From Octopus vulgaris (Eukaryota), in assembly GCA_951406725.2 (NCBI GenBank), contig OX597822.1:86242001-86306000 (forward strand): a DNA stretch of 64,000 nucleotides, given 5' to 3'. Under the pieces are notes generated by a model. The model did no database searches, was not told where the DNA came from, and saw nothing but the letters and a program-made list of their open reading frames with translations. Position numbers and translations under genes: made by a program. Every line of letters starts with the position of its first letter. Within the stretch, counting starts at the first letter, position 1. Below, in pieces: positions 36,992 to 50,789 of this stretch.

Positions 36992-39900
36992 TGCACTTCT
37001 GTATGTATATATAGATATATGTTTATTTGTTATATTGTACTGCTTACATTCTGCACTGAGCCATCATCCTAGTTGATGCCATTTCTACTGTTCATTTATA
37101 GTGGGCAGGGTGTAGGAGATTTTAAATTTTACTTTAATTCTTTACATATTTTGCCACAAACACAAGATATTTTGGGATTTATCACTATATATTTAGTGTC
37201 GGAGAAAGGAAGGTTAATTTCTATCTAAACTTCCATTTATTTTTTCCCCAAATATTCCTGTTAAATTCCTTGCCATTTTCCTGAAAAGGTTTGGTTATTA
37301 TAGTGGGGAACATTGTAATGTTTCTCTTCAAATGGGAAGACAACCCACACAGACATAAAATATTGGTCAAGATTACATGTTTTTAAAATTTAAAAAAAAA
37401 ATTTAATCCTAATTTGCTGGAGTTCATTTGAAAATAGTTGTTTACTGTTGATTGTTTATCATTTGATATATTTAACATTAATATTCTTCTATTCTGTTAA
37501 ATTTTTTTTTTTCCTCTCCTCGCCCTTTTGGTCTCAATCAGAAACGGGGCAATACTAACTTATTGAATTGGCAGACTCAATAACATAATGATGCTGAGTT
37601 TTGTTCCTCAGCCACTTATGAGCATTCACTTCAGTGTTTGCTCCTTTCCTGCCTTTATAAATAATTTGTTTTGTTAGTGTGCAAATTATATATATATATA
37701 TATAATTATATATATACACACACATGCATATATATATATACATACACATATATAGTTAGTTAGTTCTATCCCACAATTCAGTTAAAAAACACTGCAGGTG
37801 CAGAAAAAGAATTCTAAATTTGCATTTTATTTTCAATTTTCATTTGAAATGAAGTGGAAACAATAACTGCTGATAGAAGGAACTCATTTTGTTCTAGTTT
37901 TTCCAAAAATGTATTTTAAGCCTATTTATTTGGTGACAACTGGTAACCACTCAGCATTCATTCCCCCCAATATCTTTAAGCAGCTTGCTTTGTATAACAT
38001 TTAAAACTGTAACTGTGTTGTGATTCCACCCCACTCCCCATCTCTAATCACCTTTAGAGCAAGCTGACTTCATACATCTCTTACTATTCTTCATGTATTC
38101 TTGTATCAATTACTCTTTAGTTAGCCCTACTTTGGAAGATTTCAGTTCCACTTTTCATGTTTGGCTCCATCCGGTGCTTCTTTGAATATTCTTAAAAGAA
38201 ACCAATGAATTATAACTAGTTCTTGGTCCCATCCAGTCCTTCCCTGTTTTTCAGCTCAACCCAGCAATCATCTTTATCACCATCATCCTCATCATCATCA
38301 ACACCACAAACACTATTATTATTGTTGATTTTTATTTTGTTTGCCATTTATTATTATTATGACAATTGTAGTTAGAGTATATTTATGTGTAATTTTGATT
38401 GGTCCTTTTGAATAAGAATTAACATTAGTTGAAAAAAATCTGTTTCTAACCTGGAAATATTCATAAAAAGATAAGCAACTCTAACAATAAACAACAAAAA
38501 GCAAACAAAATGCTTGAGACATCTAGTAGACATTAATGGCTACATAATTAAAAGTAATATTTCAAAACATTTCTATTATTAATCTAGACTTTGGTTTGGT
38601 ATTTTGGATGATTTACTGTTGTATGTGTTCATATGTGTTTTGAAGTTTTTGTTAAAATTGCTTATGTCTTTCATAATCTTCAAAACACTGACAGCATAGA
38701 ATGATTCTACTTATTTTTCTTAATAAAATACACACACTAAATTTATCACAGTTTAAAATTCAGAAAATAATTCAAATGAATGGTAAAGTTAAATTTTATT
38801 CAGCTTGCTAGCAAAAATGCACAAGTAGAAGATAACTTGAGAAATGTAACATGTGGAGAACCTTCTTTATACTTTCTCTGTTGATATCCTTATTAGTGTA
38901 GGGCCCTTGTAAAAATTCTTGATTTCAATTTGTTGGGATTAGAAAGCAACAAGATTTCAAGAGTGTCTATAGAGATATCAAATAAAATCCTGATCGAGAA
39001 TTTGGTGCATCTCAAGAATGATATCAGTTCTGTTGTGTCACATTGTCTGCATAGTTTTGTGACAGGAATCTACTTGTCACTCAAATTTCATTTTAGCTTT
39101 CATTTACATTATTTTGAAGTGTATCTTTTTCTGATCTAAGGGTATATAACTGAAATGATTTGCTCAGAATGTTCATTAAAATTTTCAATATATATATGTG
39201 CACACACACACACATAAATATGTGTGTGTATGTATAGACAAATTTAATCAGAAATTCCATTGATAATGGAATGGCTATAAAGCCAAGAGTTCTGCTCATC
39301 CATGAATAGTTTTGTCATCGTAACAATGTGTTGTTGAGCCATATCATATTGTAGAATATATTCATAGAAATGCAATACACACACACACATATATATATAA
39401 CATATATAAGCTGAGTCTGAGATGTACACTTAATAACGCTAATGCTTATATCTTGTATAATAATTGTGTGATAGCCATGGTTATTTTTGTGTGCAGCTGG
39501 AGAAGCCAGAGTGGTTCTATGAAAGATTAACACACTTTGTGGTCCACCAAACTCTGCTCCCTAATTTTCATGTTTTTCTTACATTTTAAGCATCTAAGTA
39601 ATTAGCATTTAACCATCTTTGTATTTTGATTATTAATAGAATTTATTTAGAATTTATCAGAGAGAGAAAAAAATCAATTTAGAAACACAACCCACTTTTT
39701 TTAAAAAATATTTTTCTTTGTTGTGTTGTTTCTTTTCTCATTCCTTGCTGTCAAACATTTTCACTGTCATTCATATTTCATCCTCTGTATAAATGTCATT
39801 CATGAAGTTTGTTTTATTTAACTTATTGGCTTTTAACCTTATGCTTTTCTGATTACTGTAACAATTAGTACTGCTACAATTATCATTATTATTATTATGG

Positions 39901-40549
39901 CTACTACTACTACTACTACTAAAACTCTTATTTCTGTCATTGGTGGTGGTAGTGTTCATTGGTTCCTTTTCATATCCATTGACTTTGCAATTTGGAACGG
40001 TAGTTTTCAAGGTCTGTTACTAAAAAATATTCTTTAGTTTTGATTGTTGTGGTTGGAAATTTTTCAAGTGGAATCCTCCTTGTCATCTTCATCTGTTACG
40101 ATCTTCAGAGAGGAATATTCTCCCATACTTATCTGCCACTGATCAAATATATTGGTTTCTCTACATTTATTATTTAGAAGTTAACTCTTAAAAATGACAT
40201 TTCAAAACTGTGTTTCTTTATATCAATGTAATTCAAAGGAATAAACTTTATAAAGAAGCCCTTTATCTTGATCTCACTTTATCTTTCTCTCTTCTTTACT
40301 ATTGCCTCTCTTTTTTCTTTTACTTTCTCACAACTTTAATAATCTCATTTTCAGGAATTCCAAATAATAAACAAATGACAAAAAATTAATTTTTCACAAG
40401 GTAGTGGTATAAAAAATGTTTAATCAAGATTTCAATATATATATATATATATATACATACATACATACATACATACATACATACACACTCTAAAGCATGT
40501 TAGATTTTATAGCAAGGTAATCACATTTTGCATTAAAGGATGTGAACTG

Positions 40550-40770
40550 TAATCTGGCAGAACCATTAGCAGGTTGGACAAAATGCCACTAAGGCATTTT
40601 GTCCAACCTGCTAATGGTTCTAGCTCTTTACATCTGAGTCCAAATTCTTCCTTGGCTGACTTTACTTTTCATCCTTTTGGGGTTGGTGAAATAGGTACCA
40701 GTTGAGCACTGGGGTCAATGTAATCAACTAACCCCTCCCCTGAAAATTGCTGGCCTTGTGCAACATTAGA
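40550..40770 (+). mobile_element. SINE (Meta/MESC-like core) containing a perfect 29-bp inverted duplication
   Basis: ctggcagaaccattagc head and ttttcatccttttggggttggtgaaataggtaccagttgagcactggggtcaatgtaatc core. Palindrome at 40559-40621. Confidence 0.7.
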
Positions 40771-41039
40771 ATACTTTAGTTTGTTACATCTTGGAAAAAA
40801 AAATGCAAGCATTTCTTATAAGTGTAGAGAGATAATTATTAAATATATTCTTTATTATAACAAACCCAGTCTGTCATCTTTTCTGCTCAGTTTAATCCTT
40901 TGGGACTCTTAATCAGCATCAGTATAGGGTTGTTGTCTCCGGTGGTATAAAAATCAATGATCTAATCAATATCAGAAATGGTGGTTGTGTAAGTATAATT
41001 AGCGAGAGTTAGGAGGAAGTGGGCATGGAAGGTTTGGAG

Positions 41040-41340
41040 AACTGTTACCTTTCTTGACAGTAAAGGATTTCTTTGAAATCAAGGACAGATGTCAGGAGCC
41101 TTGTGTGCAACATCACACACAATGCATGGAATGTGTGAAGGCTGAAAGCAAAAAAAAAAGATGAGGAGTCAAGCATGCTCTGTTGGATGTCTAATGTCAG
41201 TGTATAATCCCCCAAAGAAAGAGAGAACATCAGATGAGCCTTTTGTGTTAGAGATAAGACTGCACTGGTCTGTACCAAGATTTGGGTGAAGGAAAGTCAA
41301 ATGTCCGTTTTTCAACCAAGTGGAAGGTGATATGACAAAG
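41040..41340 (+). mobile_element. Very decayed RTE 3' coding fragment
   Basis: aagcatgctctgttggatgtctaatgtcagtgta and agactgcactggt resemble 19730-19860. Confidence 0.5.
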
Positions 41341-41592
41341 ACTGAGCTTGGGATGTGTAACCCATGGCTGTATAGATAAACTGATGTTGGTTATTTACAG
41401 CCAGTTCCAAGTTTAATATCCCTCACGTGTTTGCCTTGTGATGATGGTGTCAAATGGGAATATGGTTCTTGGAGGAAAGTACATTAATTTTGCAGTTTCT
41501 GTTTGGCAATGCTTGACCATCTGAAGAAAAGATTATTTTTAAGATTCAAAGCACAACCCATTTAATATGATTTGTAGAGATAATTTTTGAAG

Positions 41593-41778
41593 CCCTTAAC
41601 ATTAATATATAAATTCAGTAACAATTTAGCTTGCATTTCTGTCATGTCTGGTATTTGTGTAATGTTTGTATCATTAGATCATCACTTTTTATAGATTCAA
41701 ATGCAATAAAGTATTTTTAGGATTACATTGTAGGGTAAGTGTGAGAGCCCGGATTTGGCTATTTTAAATGCTAAAGGG
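41593..41778. mobile_element. piggyBac-like MITE, decayed
   Basis: Right end aatgctaaaggg|TTAA, left end ccctt..catt. Same family as 55551-55761. Confidence 0.5.
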
Positions 41779-43204
41779 TTAATGCTACCATGTTATCTTG
41801 AAACTACTTAACAATCTTTTGACTGTTGTATCATCATCATGTACAACTATTTCACTTCACAAATACAAGTGTCTTTTACATTTCCTTATAAATCAGAAGG
41901 CTTTGTGGTTATGTAAGAAATTATATCAAATTATGGATTGTCTTTCTCAGAATAAATAACTATTTCATGATTATTTTTTATTGATTTAAAGCAAATATTA
42001 ATGTAGATATTTTTTTCATCAGCACTCCACATTTATCACTATCTCATTACCATTTCATAAATATCCAGGTATAGCAGTCATCTGTTTCAATAAGAATGTA
42101 ACAATCTTCTATCAATTATAAACTCAGAACATTGATTTCAATGAAAATATTTATAAGAAAGTGTGAAAGAAGACAAAAAAAAACATAAATGAAGGTAACA
42201 GACAATGAGACATTCCAGATTTTAAAATATTACCAATTTTGGAGACAAGATTTAAAGTAGATTTATTTCTCTAAGAAGAATTGTTTGTGTGACTTTTTAT
42301 TTTTTCTAGTTTAACACTTTAATGCTGATGCTGTTTATAGCTGTGCCTGTTCATAGTAAGGGTCCAAAGAATTTAGTCTCTTTACTGGTGCATTATTAAT
42401 GACAAAAGATAAACATTAACAGTAAATTAGTTGGTTATCTAAAGGCTCACTCACCTTCTGTTCTGTAAAATCTGGTGTAATTGGAGTCAGTGGGAAGCAC
42501 AAGAGTGAACTTTCAAATGATTAACATCACACACACACTTGTGTTACGTAAGGAAACACCTATGGAGTAGAAGAATGTTCTTCTTATATGCAGTGACTTG
42601 GCCTGTAAGAAATTTAAGACAAATCTTTCTCAGACGTTATCTTGCAGTCTTAAAAATTGTTTGGACAGGAAGCGTTTATGCAGCTTCAATGTTGGTCAAA
42701 TAGTGTTTCTATGACAGAAATGTTTTTACCAACATGTACAAGCAACATCAAAGAATGTCAATTTACAAAATGGATGCTTAAACACTCCTAAGTGTGTTTT
42801 ACAATATGTCCAGATAACCACTAATGGACATCCCCATTTACAAATACCCCAAGAAACTCACAATGGCTACAGCAACAGCAGTGATAAGCACAAGTTTATC
42901 CATTGTTATCTCCCTTGTCACAGGTCTGACCTGCATTCATTCATAAAATCCTTGAAGCGGTTTTAAAATTGTACATCGATAGCATAAAAAATATGAGACT
43001 TAAAGATTTCATTGTCGCACAGTATTCTCATAACAATAATTCAGGAAACACCTGTAATCCAAATTACACTAAAATCAATGAAACTTGTGTTCTCAAAAAC
43101 AGGTCTTGTATTCATTGTACAAAATAAATGATCACAAATGACATTCTCTGATAAAAAGCAACACTAGAAATGCACACTTTCAAAATAGTCAGATTAAACA
43201 ACAA

Positions 43205-43245
<41 letters not shown>

Positions 43246-43249
43246 GCAT

Positions 43250-45300
43250 TAGGACTGGTGATGTCACCAAGTACTCATAAAACAAGGCCCCCTTAACTAA
43301 GTAGCATATAGTATTAAGGGATAAGAAAATATGATGGAGAGACAGAAGCAGGTGAAAAGGTACATATATGGCTTGCCCATGTGGAAAGAGAGGGAGGGAT
43401 GTGAGGTCATGGTACGAGGGGGAATATAAGAGTAAGGATAGAGGAGCAGGACAGGTGGTTGCTTAAATAAGTGTATGAGAATGGTGTGACATGATTAGAA
43501 AGAGAGGATGAGCTGGATGCAGAGAAGACTAGTTGACTGGAGGGAAAACGAAGGAAGGAAATAGGTTACCACAGAAGAATGAGTTGGGTTGGGGGGAGGT
43601 TTGACAAAACCTCAACTCTGCTGAGATGGATAAGTATTCTCAAGCATAGAATATCACCATTCATCTTGTCTGAGAGGTCATTCTTCACCACTTCATCCTA
43701 TGTCTTCCTGGGTTCCCCTCTTACCTAGGCTTCTTCTACATTTAGCAATCAACACTTCTTAATATAGTCACCCAACCAGCAGTTTTCTTTCCTCTACACC
43801 ACATTTGTACTTTGTTCTACATGTACATTGATATTGCACATCCATCAGAACATGCTGGTTTCATTTCTTTCTGGTCTTCATGTGTCCTCTACCATCACAG
43901 AGTTCAAGTTTCACAACCATATAGCATTGATGTTCATACATAGGCATTGTACAGTCTGCCAGTTCTTATTCTAGCAACTATATTTTTAAAGCATCCTCCT
44001 CCACTGCTAATTCAGTCACTTAGGTGACTGAAACTATTTGCTATATCTACGAAGCTCACCAGGCATTCCGGGACATCTAATTTCCATGTGCTCTTAGTGT
44101 TTATTACATCTATGCATCTGCTACATATTCTACTTTCTCTGTTAACCTTCCTGTGATTCCACTGCACTTCTTAGTGTCCATAGTCTGCCTTGAATACACC
44201 ATATAAAGTTCCTACCTACACCTTATCTACATATAGAACGGCCATTTACCCAAACAGGTTAGTGTCCTGTCTGTTTTCATGCTAACTAGAACTTTGGTCT
44301 TTGCTAAGTTAACTTTAAGACCCCTTGGTTCCAGGTTTTGCTTCTACACCTGAAATTTCATTTTTAATTCTGCTACAGTTTCATTTATAAGGACAAAGTC
44401 ATCAGCATAGAGGAGTTGCCATGGGTAACCAGTTTTCAAGTCTTCTGTTATGGTTAGGAGGACAATGTTAAGTGTGAGTGTATTGATAGCCAAAGCCTGA
44501 TGAAAACCTGCCTGCACTCTAAATTCATCACTGAACTCATTGTTAACTCACTTTGCTGACAGCATCCCTGTACATGGTTTGACTGGGTCTCACTAGCCAT
44601 TCTTCTACTCCTAGCTTCTGCAACAACCCCTAGATGAGACAGCGAGGCACCCCCTCAAAGACTTTCCCGAAGTTGACAAATGCTAAGAACAACTGACTTT
44701 TTGCTAAGTATTCCTCCTGTAATTGCCAAACTATAAAGAGAGCAACAGTAGTGTTTCTTTCCAGCACGAAACCAAACTGTGTTTCATCTGGGTTAACTCT
44801 CTTCTTAATTACTTCATCTATGACTCTTTCAGTGACTTTCATCACCTGGCCCAGCAATTTAATACTTCTGTAATTATTCCTCTATAAGGCATTTCCTTTA
44901 TTCTTGTAACAGTTGACTATGATGCTTCTACACCAGTTGTTCGGTTATGATACTTTCCTTCATAACCTTAACAAGAGAGAGTATGTTAAGTTGTTGCTTC
45001 TTTTATATGGTACAAAACAGCTGTTATTTATTGTATTATATTCTAGGTTACACAATCCAATTAGAGTGCAATGCACCAAGATTGAGGGAGACTTCAGTGC
45101 ACTCAAAACCTGGATTTCAAATAGTAAAGTTTACAAAAGATGTAATATGGTAATATCATCTTAAACACTTCATACATCAATGTGCCAGCTGCAAAAACTC
45201 TTTTCTGAACTTCATCTTCTTTTACAACTGCTTCACAAATGATATTCCAGCTTCCCTTACAAAAATAAACTGGATCATGAAGAGGACCACAATCAGCCTG
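43250..45300 (-). mobile_element. Old RTE-PHD LINE copy, heavily decayed
   Basis: QVMKVTERVI...QFGFVLER..LFIVWQLQEEYLAK..FVNFGKVF, with the LYAD region at 44400 and a purine-rich (rc pyrimidine-rich) 3' UTR at 43300-43620. Confidence 0.8.
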
Positions 45301-45493
45301 TATACTTATTCTTCCTAAATGCATGACTTTAGATGGGCAGAGACACAGTATAATCAGGAAGATAGATTTGTAGTTTGCGCCTTGTCATTCAGCTGACTAC
45401 CAACGTGGCTCACCTGGTGCTACACAACAGCATCATTTATAGGCAGGGTTATATAATCTTTATTCAGTTTAGTTCAAAACAAAACTCTTGAAA

Positions 45494-45828
45494 CATTATT
45501 TACATTTGACGGATATTTGTCCTCATCTTGTTTGTTGTTAACACAACGTTTCAGCTGATATAATCTCCAGCCTTCATCAGGTGTCTTGGGGAAATTTTGA
45601 AACTGGGTTCTTATTCCTAAGGTATTTTTCGATGTTGTTATTGTTGTTTTTGCTGCTGTTGCTGTTGTTGTTGTTGTTATTATTCAGGCCAGTTTTCCCC
45701 AAGACACCTGATGAAGGCTGAAGGGTATATCAGCCGAAACATTGTGTTAATAACAAACAGGATGAGGACAAATATCCTTTAAATGTAAATAATGTACATA
45801 ATTCCTCATCTCTTAAATATAGAACTGT
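45494..45828. mobile_element. Penelope-like foldback insertion with 13-bp TSD and two hammerheads
   Basis: TSD aaaactcttgaaa at 45481-45493 and 45829-45841. Inverted arms ~45494-45594 and ~45693-45795, each carrying acac-CTGATGA-a-ggctg...cagc(c/t)-GAAAC-(g/a)TT-gtgt. Confidence 0.85.
45703..45749 (+). ncRNA. Minimal type I hammerhead (mirror copy on the minus strand at 45541-45586)
   Basis: CTGATGA at 45708-45714; stem II ggctg/cagcc; GAAA at 45736-45739; stem I acac/gtgt; very short stem III. Confidence 0.7.
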
Positions 45829-46979
45829 AAAACTCTTGAAAGAAAGACTAACAGAATTAAAAGGTTTTTCTTTAAACTTGTCATACAATGCAGTGGCAGC
45901 TGAAATATGCCATATTAACGAACAATTGCACCAATGGCTTTCCTGTTTTTCTTGCCTTTTTTAACATTACCTTCATTGAACTAGATAAGACAGTGCGTTA
46001 TGAGAAAGAAACTTAATATCAAGGGATTAGAATGACCACGAGCTTCTCTCATGTCCAGAAATTATTTCCTCCAAGGAATATCTGTGAGAAGAGTGTCAGA
46101 GTGTAAAGAATTAAAGTGGCAAAATGTTATTTCAATTCACTTTATAGATTTCAAATATTACAGATGATATGTATATGAAGTTCTTACTCACGGTTTTTGG
46201 TCATGATATTAACTTTAGTTCTGGAGATTTGTAAAGAATTGAAGTTGACATCATTCTACAGCTACTTCACTATTTTTGTTCTGTTCCTCATTTATGAATG
46301 ATTTCACTGTCATGACATAGTATGGTTATATTAATCCATCAGTCATGATACAAACATTGAGAGTAGAAGTGTTGTCTTCAATGTTTTATGTATTCTCTGG
46401 CATCACACAAGTTGTGAGGACCAAATTGGCTGACATAAAAAAAAAAGAAGAAAACAAAATTACCAAAAATTTTTTTTTTAAATATAATTTTTGTGTAGAG
46501 TTTCAGCAAAAATAACTTATTTTTTGTAACAACATCCCTGTGAATTTAGTTGAGAATAAAACTCTAACTTCATATATCAGTGTTTCATTCTTCCAAGATA
46601 ATTTCTTGCAAAGAATAAAAAGAATTGGCTTTTTTGTGTGTGTATGTGTGTATTGATGTTTATCTCAAGAGAAGGTTTGTCCTCCATAAATGGTTATTTT
46701 CCAATTTCTGCCAAAAGAAAGCACATTTGGATCTCTTGAATCCATCAGAAATTTCATGTAAAGTAACAGTATCTTTTTATACAGGACTTCTGCTTGCTTC
46801 CACAGTTTGCTGAATGGAAATGTTTGAAATGCTTTGGTAAATTCATGCAGTTTTTATATGTGTATATAGAGATGCAGGTATGTAGATAAATATATGTTTG
46901 TATTTATATGAATTATATACATGTCTGTGTATGCATAAAAAATGTTTGTGTTTATACACGCACTATATCTATCTATCTA

Positions 46980-47757
46980 TCATCATCATCATCGTTTAAC
47001 GTCCGCTTTCCATGCTAGCGTGGGTTGGACGATTTGACTGAGGTCTGGCGAACCAGATGGCTGCACCAGACTCCAATCTGATCTGGCAGAGTTTCTACAG
47101 CTGGATGCTCTTCCTGACGCCAACCATTCTGAGAGTGTAGCGGGTGCTTTTATGTGCCAGTCAGGCAGTACTGGCAATGGCCACGCTCAGATGGTGCTTT
47201 TTATGTGCCACCTGCACAGGAGCCAGTCCAGTGGCACTGGCAACGACCTCACTTCAAATGTTTTTCATGGGCTACCAGCACAGGTGCTAGTAAGGCGACG
47301 CAGGTAACGATCACACTCAAATGGTGTTTTTAACGTGCCATTGGTTCAGAGGCCAGCTTGTTGCTCTGGCAACGATCTTACTTGTATGGTACTCTTAGCG
47401 GTCCACTAGCTTGGGTGCCAGTCATCGAATTTGATTTTGATTCCGATTCACTTGCCTCAACAAGTCTTCGCAAGCAGAATTTAGTGTCCAATGAAGAAAA
47501 GGCATGCACAAGTGGACTGGTTGCACCCCTGGCATAGGCCATGAGGTTATGGTCTCACTTGCGCTTGCCGAGTCTTCTCAAGCACAGCATATTTCCAGAG
47601 GTCCCAGTCACTAGTCATTGTCTTGGTGAGGCCCAATGTCATGCTTCACCACCTCATCCCAGGTCTTCCTGAGTCTACCTCTTCCACAGGTTTTCTCAAC
47701 TGCTAGGGTGTGGCACTTTTTCACACAGCTATCCACATCTATTCTCACCACATGACT
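46980..47757 (-). mobile_element. RTE LINE 3' end
   Basis: (ATC)n tail, decayed tandem repeats, CVKKCHTLAVEKTCGRGRLRKTWDEVVKH. Confidence 0.88.
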
Positions 47758-48067
47758 ATTCACTGAACCTGGAAGTGGGGAACCCAGTAAATTAGTGTTT
47801 AATGGCATGGTGAGGCAGAACAACAGCTTAGATGGAAGATTTTGTCCATTGTCCAATACTGGGCAGAGTGGAAATGAAAATTGTATGTCTTTTCCTTCTT
47901 TTTATGTCTAGATAAATTTTTTTTAAATGTTAAACCAGCATATTTATAGGACTAGTTGAAACCTCTACCCTCCTATCATGATTACTTACAGGGAATTTAC
48001 CCACACAACCATCAATTTAAAAATAAGATATTTAAACCCTAACCCTAATTCATCTTATTTTTGACAT

Positions 48068-48475
48068 AGGCACAGGAGTGGCTGTGTGGTAAGTAGCTTG
48101 CTAACCAGCCACATGGTTCCGGGTTCAGTCCCACTGCGTGGCATCTTGGGAAAGTGTCTTCTGCTATAGCCCCGGGCCGACCAATGCCTTGTGAGTGGAT
48201 TTGGTAGATGGAAACTGAAAGAAGCCTGTCGTATATATGTATATATTTATGTGTGTATGTTTGTGTGTCTGTGTTTGTCCTCTTTGCATTGCTTGACAAC
48301 CGATGCTGGTGTGTTTACGTCCCCGTCACTTAGCGGTTCGGCAAAAGAGACCGATAGAATAAGTACTGGGCTTACAAAGAATAAGTCCCGGGGTCGATTT
48401 GCTCGACTAAAGGCGGTGCTCCAGCATGGCCGCAGTCAAATGACTGAAACAAGTAAAAGAGTAAAGAGTAAAAAA
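48068..48475 (+). mobile_element. Full-length tRNA-derived SINE with CR1-like 3' tail
   Basis: A box tggctgtgtgg, B box ggttcagtccc, CORE-like cttgggaaagtgtct, central (GT)n. 3' end ggtgctccagcatggccgcagtcaaatgactgaaacaag followed by (AAGAGTA)n. Confidence 0.85.
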
Positions 48476-48912
48476 GAGTATGCCTTAAAAGAGGACCCAG
48501 TAGGCTAGTGGTTAAAGTTGTGCACAGACAAGGAACTGCAAGACATTCTGACCAAGGTTCAAAACTGATTAAGATGAAAGTAAAACTTTGTACTTTTTTT
48601 TTTTCTATCATCTTCAGAAAAATTTTTTAAATATTCTTAAAGACCAGCTGTCATTCCAACCAAAGTCTTGTAAGTGGATTTTGGAGACCAAAACTGAAAG
48701 AAGCCTTTCATGTGTATATATTTAACTGTAAATAAGGGCAAAAAACAAATTTTCTATGCCGATATGCTGAAAAATAGACCTTGGATCGTCTAACCACACA
48801 CAATATTTTTCACTATAGTTACACAGTGTATTGAAACGAGGAAAGCAAGCTAACAGAAAATTTTTTCCCCCAAATCAGACTGATTTCCTTCATCAGTGAT
48901 ATATATATATAT

Positions 48913-49152
48913 ATCATCATCATCGTTTAGCGTCTGCTTTCCATGCTAGCATGGGTTGGACGGTTCAACTGGGGTCTGGGAAGCCAGAAGGCTGCACCAG
49001 GCCCAGTCTGATCTGGCAATGTTTCTACAGCTGGATGCCCTTCCTAACGCCAACCACTCCGTGAGTGTAGTGGGTGCTTTTTACGTGCCACCGACATGGA
49101 GGCCAGGTGAGGCTGGCAACGGCCACCATCAGATGGTGCTTTTTACATGCCA
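48913..49152 (-). mobile_element. RTE LINE 3' tail, cut off at the Tc1 insertion
   Basis: Reverse complement of 20400-20647. Confidence 0.8.
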
Positions 49153-49162
49153 CATATATATA

Positions 49163-50789
49163 CAGTTGCGGCCAAAATGTTCAGAACAACATTGTTTTGT
49201 GTCAGAAAAGTAGGTATAAGTTTTTATCAAAGTTGTTTTATTTTCTATAATTTTCACAGACAATAAATACAATATTAATTGTTATTCGCTGAGATTTTGG
49301 TGTCATTTGAGAAGATAATACAAAAGTTATCGATGATTTAGTGATTTACTGCAAAACCCATGGCGGCCAAAATGATCAGAATGGTTGCTTTTACTCCGTG
49401 TTTTAGTATATTTAACCGGTGAACTCTAATGTTTTGAATTTGTTTACCTGACGGTTCGTTTACTAAACATTAGTAAGAGTATCTGCAGTGTACTTTGTTA
49501 ATATAATGCCACTTACTCCGTTACCAATTCATCAGCAGATTATTAAGCTTCGAAAGAAGGATAATTTAAGTATTGGGTCTATTGCAAAGATTGTTAACAA
49601 GTGAAAAAGTGTTGTTCACGGTATTCTTAAGGTCTATGATGATTGTGGTTCGTGTGAAGCAAGAAAGTCCACAGGTAGGCCAAGAAAAACGACCAAGAGA
49701 GAAGATTGGGCTATGGTAAAGTTGGTTAAAAAGGACAGATTTAAAACTGCTGCTGCTGTTTCTCGGGAAATGAACATTGTACTGAAGAAAACTTTATTTG
49801 GAAAAACTGTGTCTTGTCGTTTAGTTGAACATGACCTACAAGCAAGAGCACCTGCAGTGAAGCCACTGATCATCTCCAAGAATAAAAAGTGTCGTCTTAC
49901 CTTTGCAACTGAACATGTGTTGTGGTCTCAAGAAAAATGGCAAACGGTGCATTTCTGAGATGAATCTAAGTTTATGTTATTTGGCTCAGATGGGATAAGG
50001 TACGTTTGTTGAAAAGTAGGTGAAAAATTGTCGCCTAAATGCCTTAAGACTAGTGTTAAATTCGGTGGAGGAAGTGTCATGGTTTGGGGGATGATATCTG
50101 GAGATGGTGTGTGCCCTTTGGTGCGATTACATGGAAAGGTAAATGCAGGAGTTTATAAACAACTTGTAAAAGATCATGTCTTGCCTGTGCTGAGAAATTC
50201 AACTAAGCGATCACCCATATTCATGCAGGACAATGCCCCATATCACAAGGCTAAGGTGGTCATGAACTTTCTCAAGGCTGAAAAGATTATTGTTATGGAT
50301 TGGCCTGCTCAAAGCCCAGGTCTTAATCCTATTGAAAATGTGTGGAATATTGTAGGAGAACGTTCGAAAGCCAGAAATCCTAAAACAACCGAGCAATTAT
50401 GGAATGCTCTTCAGGAAGAATGGAATAAGATCACCCAGCAAGAAATTGAAAATTTAATTTCCTCATGCAGTCGAAGATGTCAAAGTGTGATTGAAGGTAA
50501 AGGGCTTCACACTAAATATTAAATAATTCCAGTATTCTCTGTCATTTTTGATTATTTTGTTATTTTTTTTAACCATTCTGATCATTTTGGCTGCCATGGG
50601 TTTTGCAGTAAATCACAAAATCATCCATAACTTTTGTATTATCCTCTCAAATTACACCAAAATCTTAAACAATAATAATTAATATCGTATTTATTGTCTG
50701 TGAAAATTATAGAATATAAAACAACTTTGATAAACACTTATACCTACTTTTCTGACGAAAACAATGCGTTCTGAACATTTTGGCCGCAA

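Noticed and set aside
48068-48140. Possible tRNA genes here and at 32749 and 56339
   Set aside because: A/B boxes continue into SINE bodies, with no intact cloverleaf or Pol III terminator.
48830-48900. Minus-strand CTGATGA followed by aggaaa...tttcct
   Set aside because: No GAAA core after the putative stem II, so not a hammerhead.
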